Part shown: positions 38,098 to 51,700 of the stretch, piece after piece
Position numbering within the stretch: the first letter of the stretch is position 1
Layout of the letters: every line of letters starts with the position of its first letter
Assembly (NCBI GenBank): GCA_951406725.2
Contig: OX597829.1
Coordinates: 24,428,001-24,492,000 of the forward strand
Source: Octopus vulgaris
Taxonomy: Eukaryota
Length of the DNA: 64,000 nucleotides
Reading direction: 5' to 3'
Made by a program: the position numbers and the translations under genes
Notes under the pieces: model-generated
Database searches by the model: none
The model's input: only the letters and a program-made list of their open reading frames with translations
Told to the model about the DNA's origin: nothing

Positions 38098-38295
38098 CAC
38101 CGTCATATCTTCAAGCAGTGTAACCCAAGTGAAAGACACACTGATATTAATGGTTCTAAGTTCTTTCAAGGTGTGTACGGAATCACCGCCACTGACAACC
38201 ACAAGTGATGGCATATAACTGGAATCTGTTGGTTCAACCTTCATCTGTAGACGACTTACAAGGATATCTTGATACATTTCCAGGCAAATCCAGTG
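38098..38295 (-). CDS. HERC2: HERC2 exon; DOC domain
   Basis: tcaaag|CAC...GTG|gtatgt (AAG acceptor). HWICLEMYQDILVSRLQMKVEPTDSSYMPSLVVVSGG. 198 nt, phase 0-0. Confidence 0.9.
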
Positions 38296-38706
38296 CTTTG
38301 AAATGGAAAAATAAAGAAGAAAAATATATAAAGTTGTGAGTTTGATTTGTGACAAGAGGATGAGTGGCTATATGTAGTGTAAACTCTATGCATACATGCA
38401 TTCGAATGTAACAGGGACCAATTGGCCTTTGGCCACTGTTTGTATCCTGTTGTGTCCACTACTCTGATTGATTGGTATTGGCACAATGTCTCCTACTCTG
38501 TTGTGGATAACCAGTCAGAGACTTTAAATAGCATCACTCTCATACCCTAATGACCTTATCCACCCATCCTTCCCGATTCTTTGTTCAAATTTGGAACAAC
38601 TGCCAATGTTTATGGAATAATTTCCTCTAATGATGACATAAGTCAAACAAACAAAAGAAAAAACTAAATTCAAATATACAAAAAGAAAAATTAAATTGAA
38701 ATGTAC

Positions 38707-38894
38707 TTTTCCTTGTGATCCAGCACTTTGCCAATAACCATTTCCTTCATCAATCAATCGTGATGCCTGGTTTTCTCTTGAAGAAACAGTCAGGTTTTTC
38801 ACACACATGTGCCAGTTGTCAATAAGTGAACCATTCCCAACAGAATTCACTTGTTTCTGCTTTCCAGGTTTTCCAACATCAATTGGTTCACAAC
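38707..38894 (-). CDS. HERC2: HERC2 exon; DOC/APC10 domain start
   Basis: ttcag|GT...GGAAAA|gtacat. VKNLTVSSRENQASRLIDEGNGYWQSAGSQGK. 188 nt, phase 1-0. Confidence 0.93.
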
Positions 38895-39019
38895 CTGAAA
38901 CGTACAAAAAATAATAGCAAATATGACAGTTTTATATTTTCATAAACAAGCATAAGATGGTAAGTATGTGTGAGTTTGGTGTGAGTATATGTATCTACAC
39001 ACACTCACACTAGAAAGAG

Positions 39020-39310
39020 ATGAAGCTTACACACTGATGGATGTGCAACGTTGGTGTGCATATGCAACAGAGTGCAAGTATGTTGAAAGATGAGTTGAGA
39101 ATAAGAAGAATCAGATGCAATTTGCAAGAGAAGAGACTGCACTGGTTTGGTCATGTGATGCATATGGATGAGGATAGCTGTATACAAAAATTCCAATTGC
39201 TTAAAGTGAATGCAACTTGTAGAAGGGGGAAGACATGAGATGCAGTGGGGAAGACTGACTTCAAGATGTTGAAGGACCAAGATGACTGCAATTCAACAAG
39301 ACCCGTCTGT
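39020..39310 (+). mobile_element. Old RTE LINE 3' ORF fragment
   Basis: MCNVGVH...LQEKRLHWFGHVMHMDEDSCIQK...RRGKT is homologous to 7300-7620. Confidence 0.7.
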
Positions 39311-40260
39311 CATAGAGAAAGTGAAGCCCTAAAAGCATTATGTTTATCTCTAGGTACTCACTGGTCCTGCCTCTGAACATAATCTGGCCTGGCAAACCTT
39401 CCCCACTCTCATCTTCCAAACTTCATTCCTCCCTTGGCACTATTCATCTGTTATAATCATATGACAGCAGAATCTGCACAGATTTCTTTCCCATTGTGCT
39501 ACTAGTTTCCTCCCCATCTTCCTGAAATCATATCCTCAAACTCATTCTCATAGCTGCTGTTGATTATGTGTGTGTGTGTGTGCATGAGTCAGTCATTATT
39601 CAGTTTTGTTTCAAGATTACTTGGCAATAGAGAAAGAACTGGTTTCTAACTTAGAGCAAAGCCTCCAACAATAGCAGGGTATTTTTGCATGTGTGTATGT
39701 ATATGTGCAGGTATTTGGAGTGACTGCATATGCAGATTTGTATGTTTTGTTTTTATGTATGTACGTATGTAATAAATACGTATGGATGGATGGATTAATA
39801 TATAAAATGTGTATGTGTATATGTGTCTTTGTCTTTGTATTTCAGTATTTGAAAATCAATGAAAATATATGCCCCCATAACTTACCTGTTCAGCAAAAAG
39901 CAACTGATAGAATATGCATCAGATTTATAAAATACATAATGTTGTTGATTGTTAATTTAACCCTTTAGCATTTAAACCAACCACATCCAGCCAAAATATT
40001 CTACCTGTTTTATGTTCAAACCGACCAGATCCAGCCTCTTACACCTACCCTAGAATGTCATTCTAAAAACAAACAAGCACATCATTGAAATCTCAAAGCT
40101 ACAATATAATATGTAATTAATTGAAAACTATGTGAATAAATAAGCGTTATATTTGACAGAATAATCTGAATACTAAAAGGTTTTAATCACAAGGGTACCC
40201 CAGCATGGTACCACCAAATGAATCAAAACAGACAAAAAAATAAACAAATAATAATAATAC

Positions 40261-40397
40261 CTGGTTCTGGGATTCCGTTGAATGGATGCTTATGGTTTCG
40301 TTTTGTCTTGAAGCAGTTTTCACAAAAATCAAACTTTTTACAAACTCTGCATTCAAATCGTGATCCAGTGATAGGGTTCATCTGACAACCATTACAC
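40261..40397 (-). CDS. HERC2: HERC2 exon; ZZ zinc finger
   Basis: ttcag|G...CCAG|gtatta. CNGCQMNPITGSRFECRVCKKFDFCENCFKTKRNHKHPF. 137 nt, phase 2-1. Confidence 0.94.
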
Positions 40398-41844
40398 CTG
40401 AAGAACAACGAAAGGTATAACATTTTAACTTGGCATTTAAATTAAAACTAAAGTAATGTTTACAGTTCATTGATTATTACCATCCAAGGAAAAGATAATT
40501 CCACTGTTTGGAGAAAAACACAAAAATCCTTAGTTCATAGACATGCTGCTTCTCTCAAGCAGCTAATTCTAGTAAGAACTACCCAATCTACTCAAGCAGC
40601 TAGAAATAGCAGTCATGTTTCCTTCAGACTACATCTTTTATCTATTTTAAAATAAAGACTTATTGGATAGCATAGTCATGATCATCATCATCATCATCAG
40701 TTAACGTCTATTTTCCATGCTGGCATGTATTGGACAGTTTGGCAGGAACTGGAAGTTAGAGGGCTGCACCAAGCTCCAGTCTGTTTTGGTATGGTTTCTA
40801 TCGCTGGATGCTCTTCCTAACACCAACTACTTTATAGAGTGTCCTGGATGCTTTTGTACATGGCGCCAACATCGGTACTTTTTACATGGTGTCAACACAG
40901 GTGCATTTTATGTGGCACCAGCATGGGTGCTTTCTATGTGATGTTGGCACATAGTTCTAAGTAAAAAATATCTGGGGAAAAAGATAGGATGATCATGGCT
41001 GGAGTACCTTTAACACTGAGTCTGTTCAAGGAAAGCAGAGTTGGGATTAAACTATAATATAAATTCTAGTAACTTTAATCTATTAAAAGTATTATTACGA
41101 ACTGACAAAAATTATCAGGTTTTATTTATTTATTTGATTTGGTTGTGTTGTTAAAAATTTGCTTCACAACTCTGTGGTTTCAGGTTCAATACCAGTGCGT
41201 GACACATTGATCAAGTGTCTTCCAACATGTAGCCTTAGATTGACCCAAACTTTACCAGTGAAATTCAGTAGATGAAAACTGTGTGGAAGCCTGTCAATGG
41301 ACTGGCCCCATTCTTTTATGGTTGACTTAATCCATCACCTGAATCAGTAGCACCCCCCATCTCCAGTTCCATTTTTTATAGATGTCTAATTGACAGAATC
41401 ATTGAAACATAAAACAAATACCTTGTAATATTTGTTCTCACACTGCATTCCTAGTTCAAATCCCTCTGAAGTTACCATTGCTTTGCATCATTCAACGGTT
41501 GATAAAATTGTGTTGCACAGTGAGACGGATGTGGTGGGAGACCCACAGAATCCCTTGCCTACAAGATAATCACTTCCACTTTTGCACAGTAGGGGGTGGA
41601 TGATGAAGCTCTGGTAGATAACGCCAGCAGTTGTGGAGATCCTTGTAGCCTTTAACAGAATTCACTTTGTTACAAATAGTCTGCCCACCAGTTTTGGGTG
41701 TTCCAAGAAAGGATCCCAAGCACTGCCCTTCTTCCACCCGACTTTGTAATGAATTTTAAAAATTAAACTTCCACCCTACTTTGTAATGAACTTTTAAAAT
41801 TAAAATTACTAAAAAAAGAATCTTTTATAAAATTTAAGACTTAC

Positions 41845-41953
41845 AAAATACCAGGATGTGTACTAGGTACCAATTCCATTTCCTCAATAACGCCAGTCCA
41901 ATGAGCCTGCTGAGGATAGTCAATGCTAATATCACGACCATTTGCATGAATAG
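41845..41953 (-). CDS. HERC2: HERC2 exon
   Basis: tacag|CT...ATTTT|gtaag. AIHANGRDISIDYPQQAHWTGVIEEMELVPSTHPG. 109 nt, phase 1-2. Confidence 0.93.
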
Positions 41954-42414
41954 CTGTAGAGAAAGATAATAAATTGATATATAAAAAAAAATTCTAATTA
42001 AGGTTAATTTTTTTTTTTTTTTTTTGCAATGGGTTTAACAGTCTAGTCAATCTTTTGAAGAGTTGTATTTATTAAATAGGACAGCATTTACATGAATTTC
42101 TGATATTCTAGGTGGATGGTAAATAATCTTTAAATCCAGCAAAATAAGGAAAACTAGACATCAATTCATTGTTCAAGAAATAAATGAAATGTAATTACTT
42201 TTGCTGGAACCTGAATCAACAATTTAAACATTTCCAAAATCAAATTCATTTGTATACTGCAGAAAACTTTTAAAGAGAATGAGGGTCCAGACCCAATGAT
42301 ACAATAGAAGTACAAACTACATACATATGTGTTTGTATGTTTTTACATCATAAGAATTTAAAAACTAGGAACACTACAGTCAAAAATGGATGCATATATA
42401 TATATATATATATA

Positions 42415-43434
42415 TTGGGTCATCCCATAAATAATGTAGTTTTTTTTCAATTGCATAAAAAGTTGGAGAGGGATGAAATAAACTAGCTGCATCAACTTGT
42501 TATAAAAGCAGGTAGAAATTTTACCTTGTACTTAGTCTTAGTGTAAGTATTGAAGAATGCAGTTCAATTTTAACAGTTATTTTTTCAAAGATATAATGGA
42601 AGTGATAAAGGAGCATATTTTGTTTTATGAGTTCAATAAAGGCAACAACGCAACAGAAAGTGTGAGAAATATTAATGCAGTATAAGGGGATCGGACATTA
42701 AAAGTAAAACAGTGTCAACAGTGATTCCAGAAATTCCAAGCTGGAAACTACAGCCTAGAAAACAAGCCTTATCCTGGAAGATCTGTAGAGCTTGATAAGG
42801 ACATCCTGCAAACCCTGGTGGAACAAAATCCCATAGTAACTGTTGAGGAACTGGAAGAGAAGCTTGGATTTGGTCATTCAACCATTCATTGACATTTGTG
42901 TGCCATCAGAAAAGTCAGCAAATTAGATCAATGGGTTCCTCACAAACCTTCCAAGTCTAATTGTGTGCAGCGAGTGAATGTGTGCTCTTCTTTGTAGCCA
43001 CATCTCATGATTGAGCCTTTTTTGGACTGAATAGTGACTGGTGATGAGAAATGGGTTCTCTTTAAAAATGTCAAGTGATAGTGTGTAGGGAAAAGAGAAA
43101 CACCAGCACCCCAAGCTAAAAAGGCCTCCACCCATGAATGATGTTGTTATCTGTTTGGTGGGATATGAAAGGTTTAGTCCCCTTTGAACCAGCTGATTAT
43201 CACTTATTCCGCAGTGTTCAAAATCATTTGGACAGAAAAAATATGAATTCTATAGACAAGTTCAGAACAGTACTGGAGTAGTATTTTTAATCATGGACAA
43301 GTGAATTTTGGAAGAGGGGCCTTGCAAGTCTACCAGATAGATGGAAGAGTATTGTAGAAAATGGAGAGCATATTTTAGATTAAAAAAAGAACTAAATAAA
43401 TAGTATTAAAAAAAAAATTTATGGGATGACCTAA
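42415..43434 (+). mobile_element. Decayed mariner transposon
   Basis: TA|TTGGGTCATCCCATAAAT...ATTTATGGGATGACCTAA|TA. Broken transposase with WVPH, IVTGDEKWV, VWWDMKG and DYHLFRS motifs, multiple stops and an internal deletion. Confidence 0.88.
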
Positions 43435-43617
43435 TATATACACACATACAAAAATATATATATACATACAGATACAGACACACACATATATACACACACA
43501 TAGATATACACATACATGCACACACACCCACACATAGAGCTAGATGTTTTTCTGTCTAAAATAATGCCTATTAAACACATTTGTTTGTTGTTCAATAAAG
43601 AAAAAGTAGTCAATTAC

Positions 43618-43725
43618 CTGTGACAACACCCACACTTCTGTGGGTCACAGAACCCCATTTGTACATGGGTAAGGAAACAGAAGGCTTTACACGAACTCTG
43701 TCACCAACCTTTATTGTTTGACAAG
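43618..43725 (-). CDS. HERC2: HERC2 exon
   Basis: tacag|CT...ACAG|gtaatt. [32 protein letters not shown]. 108 nt, phase 1-1. Confidence 0.93.
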
Positions 43726-44366
43726 CTGTAATATAAATATATACAATTTAATGATGGTTTTCATAAGCAATTTGGCCTTAGTTAAGAATGCAAAAAAAAA
43801 AAAAATGCACAAACAGTTAGTCTTTAAACCAATCTACATGATTATTCAGACTGATTAACATGTAACGATCTTTCTACCAATCAGGATGATTGTTTGTGCC
43901 AGGTTTAGGGGAAGAACGAAAGTATGTACATGCGTAAAATAGTTTATGTTACAGTTATGAAGCTAAAGTGATTCTGTTCATATTGAGTCAAAACTAAGAA
44001 TACCAATATGAAAATGATTTTAAACCCATTATTAATCAGTATCTACTAAGAACTAATTCCTACAAATGTATTTGTGTGTGTGTGTGTGTTTGTGTTTTGT
44101 AGAATAATGTTTGTTAATTCTAAAAGAAAATACAATAAAAAAGAAAACCAAAAATAGTTGTAGAAGGAAGTTAAAGATGACAAAAATGGAGAATATTGAC
44201 AACGACAATGATGATGACAAAGATGGTGATGGAAACAATGATGATGTGGTGGTGATGGTGATGATGGTAATAATAACAGTAATGATGATGAAGATGATGA
44301 TGATGATGGTGGTGGTGGTGGTGGTTTAGAATATATATTATATGTAAACTGAAAAATTGTACTCAC

Positions 44367-44484
44367 AAGAAGGAACATCAGTAAAGCCTAATAATTCAAT
44401 ATGTATGTATCGCATCCAGTAAGTACCTCCTTTTCTCTGCCAGTATGCTTGGACATTCAGGTGGTGAAGTCCATCATGGTCAAG
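44367..44484 (-). CDS. HERC2: HERC2 exon; CPH domain C-part
   Basis: catag|CTT...TCTT|gtgagt. LDHDGLHHLNVQAYWQRKGGTYWMRYIHIELLG. 118 nt, phase 0-1. Confidence 0.93.
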
Positions 44485-45299
44485 CTATGAAACCAAATAT
44501 ATATAATAGTTTTATTAAAAAAAAAACATGCGCACACATACACGGAGTTATTATTTAAACTTATACTATGATTTATTTATGTGTTATATTCACTCAAACA
44601 GCATCTGGTAATGAAAATTTTCCAAGTGATATTGTCCTGAGCTGAAGTGCACCCTTCTTTCCAGGTGACACTCCCATCTTGATGAAGTCTTCCCATGCAG
44701 TTTTTTGTCACATCTTCATTGGCCTACCTTTCTTTTTCCTTCTTCAACTGTCCACTCAACAGCTGTCCTTGCTGGTCTCTCAAACACTAAGCGCAATACA
44801 TGGCCAAGCAGCTTTGTATTTAAACCCCTAAAATATCAGTTTCACCAAGAGGGGGATGTGTATTTCAAGAGAGAAAATAAAAATATGCAAATATAAGTTG
44901 CTTTTTTTTTTTACAATGGTTGTTTGTTTGTTCCTTCTCGAGCCATCCCTGGCTCATAAGGGCCGGTTTCCCAGTTTCCTTGGTGTATAGGTTCCCCTCC
45001 TGGACTGGACGCTGGTCCATCACAGGTGAGCTGCAAGATGCAGGAGGAAAGAGAAAGTTGTGGCGAAAGAGTCAGCAGAAGTTCGCCATTACCTTTTGCT
45101 GGTATAAGCTGCCTTGGTTATCAATCTATATATATACATATGTCCACCCATATACCTGCACAATTATACATCATATATCTTAATTTTTACAATACTCTAT
45201 CAACTATTCTACCTTGTTTTTCCTCCCGAGCTTCGAATAATAATAGCATTCCTTGCTAGGGTCTGATGTCAAAACAAACAGAACTGAAAGAATATGTAC

Positions 45300-45458
45300 C
45301 TTAATAACTTTGCCAATATCTCCTTCCATCACTTCTTCATATGTACAACAACATCGCACTGTCATTCCAGGAACAATATTTATTTGAACGTACATGGCAT
45401 ATTCATCAATGTTGGCAAAATCTGAGGGTTTTTTGTAAGTTGTTGTTGTTATTTCTTG
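45300..45458 (-). CDS. HERC2: HERC2 exon; CPH domain N-part
   Basis: tacag|CAA...AAG|gtacat. [47 protein letters not shown]. 159 nt, phase 0-0. Confidence 0.93.
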
Positions 45459-46478
45459 CTGTAGAGGTACAAAAAATAAAAGAAAGAAAAGTCAGAAGGT
45501 AATTAATTATCTTTACAACCCAGTCTTTTCACACTAACTAAACACATTAGTTACATGTATGACAATTATAATAATCTATAGAAAAAAAAAAATTTGGGGG
45601 TCGATAAATAAAGTACCAGTTTCGCACTGGGGTCGATGTAATCAACTTAATTCCTTTGTCTGTTCTTGTTTGTCCCCTCTATGTTTCGCCCCTTGTGGGT
45701 AGTAAAGAAATATATAGAAAAAAAAAATTAAGAAGAAATAACATTTCCTCAACTAAATATTTTGTAAAACTAATTTCTTATCGAGATAGTCTGTAACAGA
45801 AATATTCTGCAGTCATCCAATGTTGTGATTTGCTAGAATATTGATCAACAAAATCTGATCAATCATGACCTTGCATGAAATAAGCTCCAGCAATGATTTC
45901 AAATTTTGACACACTTCTTTCTGAGCCTAACCATCAGTATAAATTCAGCACATCTTGACTACTTGACAGAGAGCACTGACGAAGGTGTATAACTGGTATT
46001 TATTTTCTCAACCTTAGTACAATGAGAAGTTAATGTCAATTGCAAGAAGAACCAAAGACAATACCATTTTAATCCCTTTAGTTACTATTTTGCATAATTA
46101 TTTTATAATATTAAAAGTATTTTGCCAAAGTTAGTGAACTGACAGGAAAAGAGAAAAGAAAAAAGAAAACCAAGTGTATTAGATTCAGATGCCTTGCAGT
46201 TTGATCTGTCTTTTGTCTCTTTGAAATTATTTCTGTATTTGAGAAATCCTTACTAATTTCAAATCATGTGAAATTTTTGTAAGAAATTTTGATGTTTCTC
46301 ATGATTTTTTTTAATTAGTAAAATAATAAAATTTTAAAAAATTTGATCTATAATCTCTTCAATAAGAATCTCCTGATGTGTATAGACATGAATGTTGGTG
46401 TCTTGAGTTTTTCTCATTCGGCCAATCCTATGATTCAATGCGTAAGAAAAATGGTGGTGTAGAAAGAATGTAGCTTAC

Positions 46479-46678
46479 CTCTTCTAATTCTATGTCATCA
46501 TCATCTAAATCATCAAAAATGTCAGACATAGATCCAGTCTCATCAGAATCTATATCTATAGAACAAACTGACATGTCAGAATCAGAATCGCTTTGTATTT
46601 TAAGGTCTTTGTGCTCCAGCAACCATCCAACCAATGACTCTGCACTTGGGGTGTCACACCCAGCAAGTAAGGAACCAC
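46479..46678 (-). CDS. HERC2: HERC2 exon; UBA helix 3 and acidic linker
   Basis: cctag|GT...GAAGAG|gtaag. GGSLLAGCDTPSAESLVGWLLEH... matches recalled VEALVGWLLDH. 200 nt, phase 1-0. Confidence 0.9.
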
Positions 46679-47174
46679 CTAGGGATAAGAGAATGAAAGA
46701 ATACAGAAAGTAATAAAAAAAACAGTAAAATAGCAATAGCAGCAATGACAAGGGTTTCTGATTTAGGCAGAGAGCAAGCAATTTTGAGGGGAGGGGGAGT
46801 ATTCAATACTATTGACCCAGTACTTGACAGACAATTTATTTTACTGAGCCCCAGAGGATAAAAGGCAAAGCTGACCACAGAAAGACTTGAACTCTGAGTA
46901 CAAAAGGCCAGAAGAAATGCTGCAAAGTACTTTTTCTGATGCAATAATAATAATAATAATAATCCTTTCTACTGGAAGCACATGCCTCAAATTTGGGGGA
47001 AGGGATTAAGTTGATTACATCGACGCCAGTGCATAACTGGTACTTATTTAATTGACCCTGAAAGGATGAAAGGCAATGTTGACCCCAGCGGAATTTGAAC
47101 TCAGAAAATAAAGATAGATGAAATGCTGCTCAGCATTCTGCCCAGTATGCTAACAATTCTACCAGCTTGCTGCC

Positions 47175-47221
<47 letters not shown>

Positions 47222-47225
47222 TAAT

Positions 47226-47265
<40 letters not shown>

Positions 47266-47279
47266 TTAGTTAAGGCATA

Positions 47280-48700
47280 CTAAAAGTTGTTTATAAATTT
47301 AGCCAAGACATAAAAAAAATACAGTTAAAATATGGTAGAATACAGTTAATATGCTGTAACATATGGTATAAAAAACAGAATACAGTTAAAATATGGTATA
47401 AAATCTTCTGTAAGGGATTTTAACTAAAGCTATGAAGATTTAATTAGATAAAGAAACTGAAATCAGAATTTTTAAACCAGAACTATCCATAAAAATACTT
47501 AGGAGTAAATGAAATTGATAAAATACAACTCATAGAAATAATAATAAGTATAAATACACTAGCTGCCTCAGTTACTAAGTACAATTCTAACATAATAAAT
47601 TGGAAGTTAAGTAAAAGGAAGAGCTTAACCAGAAAAACTAAGGAACCACTAAGAGTATTTGAATGCTACTACATCACATCTGATATCAAAAGAATTTACC
47701 AATCCAACAAACAAAATTGACAGGAGTCTGATACAGATAGAAAACTATTACAAAATACCAGAAGGACTGAAAAAGTACTTAGAAAAAAGCAAAGAGAAAA
47801 TGGTAAGTATAATAATGAAATGAACTAGCAACACTAAAATTCAAGATTTAGATTAGGACAAAAGAACTGAAATGGTTGAAAAACAAAAGACAAAAAAGTC
47901 AAAACAGAATTCCAAAATAAATAATAAAAAAAAAGAAAAGAATTTGGAGAGAAAAACCACTCCATGTCAATATCCTTCAAAAGTTGACAGAAGGGAAACA
48001 AAAACTAAAATATGACCCAACAATTGTTCAAGAGAACCAGACTAAAAGCAGAAGCAGAATGCTTGACACTAGATTAACATCCAGCTACAAACAGCTACAG
48101 ATATAAAACAGTAAAAGAAGATACTCACACCAAATAGAAAACATGTTACCGACTCAGGGAGGCAATCAACCATATCGTCTCCAGCTGCCCAGTCTCTGCC
48201 TAATTAAAGTATATTCACATTCACAACTGAACCAACAGCTGTGTCTATTGGGCAAAGTGTCAACCCTTAGATGTGAAAATGGGCAAGAAGTGGTAAAAAC
48301 AAGAGCTAGAAAAACAATGTAAGACAACTTCCTGGCCATAACAACATGGTACTTTCTGATCAAAAATTGCTTAATAGGAGATGGAGAAACCATATTGAAA
48401 TTAAGATAAACAAAATGTTGAGGCATGTAAATAAAATAATACTGAAAATAACTGGAACTCTAGATATACAAAAATGAAGAAAAAACAAGAGTCACACCAA
48501 ACCTTACTGTTATATAATGTTCCCAAAATAACTCTCCAAGACACATCTTATGCACACCAAATGCCTGAACATTACATCTAGTCTACAAGACAGCCCTATA
48601 AGACATAGGTCACATTCTATACAAGACAGTCCTGCTGGGAAAGAATAACACATTCTACTCAGGATATTTTAAATTTGATAACATTACTTAAAACAGCAAA
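47280..48700 (+). mobile_element. Highly decayed R4/Dong-like non-LTR retrotransposon remnant
   Basis: Fragments resembling GLIQIENYYK, WREKPLH, LKAEAE and KTVLLG...HIL. It lies directly after a long (AAT)n tract at about 47175-47265. Confidence 0.45.
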
Positions 48701-51700
48701 CTCTCAGTAAGAAACATATTCTATGCAATAACAATAAAATAACACAACATATACTTTACACAAGCACCACTCAATAACATATACTTCACATAATCACCAA
48801 TGAAATATTATAACACAATATACTATCCATAATCACCAACCTATATATAAAACACAAATAGCAACCTAACCTCCCTTTATTGTTGTTTTAAAAATTGTTT
48901 TTTAAATAGGATGGTCATGACTGGAATGTCTCTAATTTTAGGCCTGCACAATTAGTGCTGGCCTGGGACTAAACAACACTAAAAAAAACATTTATAAAAA
49001 ATAGCTAAATTTTTAAAACCAGAAAGCTAATTCTGTTTTTGCATTGAACTCCTCCTTGAAACCAGAGTCTGTTCTACTCTGAAGATAAATTCATAATTTG
49101 GAGAAAGAAATACAATCTCTGATAAAAGCAAATTAAATATTTGTTGATGCTGTATAGCACTGTTAGGACATAAAATGGTTCAAAGGTAGGTGGGAGGCGG
49201 AGGAGGGGAAGAATGATAAGGTCTCCATGAAGCTTTCACTAATCAAGCAAACACAAAGCAACAAATACACCATAAAAATATAATTTCTTTTGAGTAATAA
49301 GAAAACAAAAACAAATTCTTGGAGAAATAAAGCAACACACCAAATAGCAAAAATTAAAAAAATAAAAAAATGAATGACTTGTACTTCAACCAAAACATAA
49401 AAAGGAACAAAGGAAGGAGTTTCAAAGCCAAGCCACATCACTGAAGCAATTAGAGTCACTGGAAACGAATAAAATATTCATTCAAGCAAATTTACTATTC
49501 AAGCATTACAGTTGAAATAAAATTAAGAAAAGTTATGATGATGAGAAGGATATTTCTTATAACGACAAAATATTCAGCTTAATTAAATCTATTTATTTAC
49601 TTATTGTAAAGGAACAGAAATGGATGTTGCAACATTCATGCTGTTCCCACAAGCAATGGTGGCAGAAGTGAAACAAAAGACTAAACTGTTCAAGGGAGAT
49701 TATCTTTTCTTCAACAGCAGCAACAACAACAACATTTTCTTAAATAGTTGTAATATAGAAGAAATAATGTCATTTTCGCAAAGAATGACACAATGCCAGA
49801 AGCAATAGAACAACTAAAACGGGCACCTGTTTATCTCATCCAATCAATAAGTAGAGGTCCACATAAAAATTGCAAAAATAAGACAATAGCAAATAAAAAA
49901 TAATGCCAAGGGCGTTTGTCACTGAGGAGACCAAATGAGGTTGAAACAATGACGTCTGATAATTTGCTGATGATGTCCTGAGTGAGTACTATGTACTTTT
50001 AATACATGAGTCTCTTTGAAAAATTTCCCTATTACATCTAGTGCTTTCTTACATTTGTAGAATGTTATGTCCAATATAATTTCAATTATATAATAATTTC
50101 AATATAAATTATAATGAACACTTAAATAGCACATGCACACAAACCTTACAAACATACACTGTCCTCAGTGACACACATACATACTCTCATGTCATCCACA
50201 TATACACACTTACCATTCTCACAAACCTCCTCATAGACATATTATACATCTGTACACACCAATACTTACATATTCAGTCTTTGACTCTCACACATGTATT
50301 ATGCATGCATGTATACATATATACACACATAATACATACATACATCTGACTCTCATACATACATTCATGCTTGTAGATATTCAGTTTGACTAAGATATGT
50401 ATTACACACACACACACACGTAGATATTTGGTCTTCGATTCCTATAAATACGTTTGGTAAATAACACAAATACATAAATATTCAGTCTTCAACTCTTACA
50501 TATATGTATTACACATACACAACAATACATGCGTGCATGCATATATACATACACACATAACAATACATGCATGCATGCATATACACACATACGCACACAC
50601 AGATATTCAGTCTTTGACTCCTGTAATATGTATTATACTTACATACCAATACACAATTAAGTTTTTAAGACACTGCACAGTGAGTTTAGATTTAAAAAAA
50701 AAACATGACTTTTTCATGGCCGTTGCCAGTACCACCTGACTGGCCCTCTTGCTGGTGGCACATAAAAGCACCCACTACACTCTCGCAGTGGTTGGCATTA
50801 GGAAGGGCATCCAGCTGTAGAAACTCTGCTGGATTGAGATTGGAGCCTGGTGCAGCCATCTGGTTCGCCAGTCCTCAGTCCAATCGTCCAACCCATGCTA
50901 GCATGGAAAGCGGACGTTAAACGATGATGATGATGATGTTGATATTTAGCTGTGTTTCTTCTCAAACAGTTTATTTAATCTGGCTCTTATGTATCAGACC
51001 CCGCCCAGTCTGCGTTGTCAGTCTTTTATTCATTGAATACAGACTGGTTGTTTTAATAATTATTGGTGTATATATACACAACACACAAAACCACAACAGT
51101 CGACAACAAAGAAAAGTAAAGAAGCATCCACCATCATGCTTAAAGAGGGTTGTTTCAGGTTCATTCTCACTGCGAGGCACCATCTAGGGTAGGTGCCTGC
51201 TATTGCAGTCCCAATGCCTTATGGGAAAATTTTAAATTGATGAAGCTGTGTAGAAGTCTTTTGTGTGTTTGTGTGTATGTGTGCGTGTGAGCTCACATGT
51301 CCACACATATCTTCATGTTTGCTCTCACCACTGCTTTACAAATTGTATTAGTCAGTGAACTTTTTAAATCAATTACTCCAAAATATATTTATTTAAGCTG
51401 ACGTTACCCCCTTGATTTAAAAGGAAGAAAATTATTGATTCTTTGACTGCAAAAGGTTTATTGAAATCTATATGAATCTATTTACACATCCATTACAATG
51501 ATCAAATGCAGTAACAAGGAACATCTTTTTAATTTAATTTTACTTATGTCTAATTACCCCCAAGAATTTCATTTTTATCTCACTTGGGGTAATTTATCCC
51601 TGGTTTACATCCTTATAATTTAGTGATTTGAGAAAAAAGTCCAACCTAACTCAAATATTTGGGGTGATGTGATAGACTAACCCTTTACCCTATCAAGCCA

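Noticed and set aside
41730-41805. Short tandem duplications (about 37 bp here, about 24 bp at 27500-27548)
   Set aside because: Ordinary slippage duplications with no sign of function.
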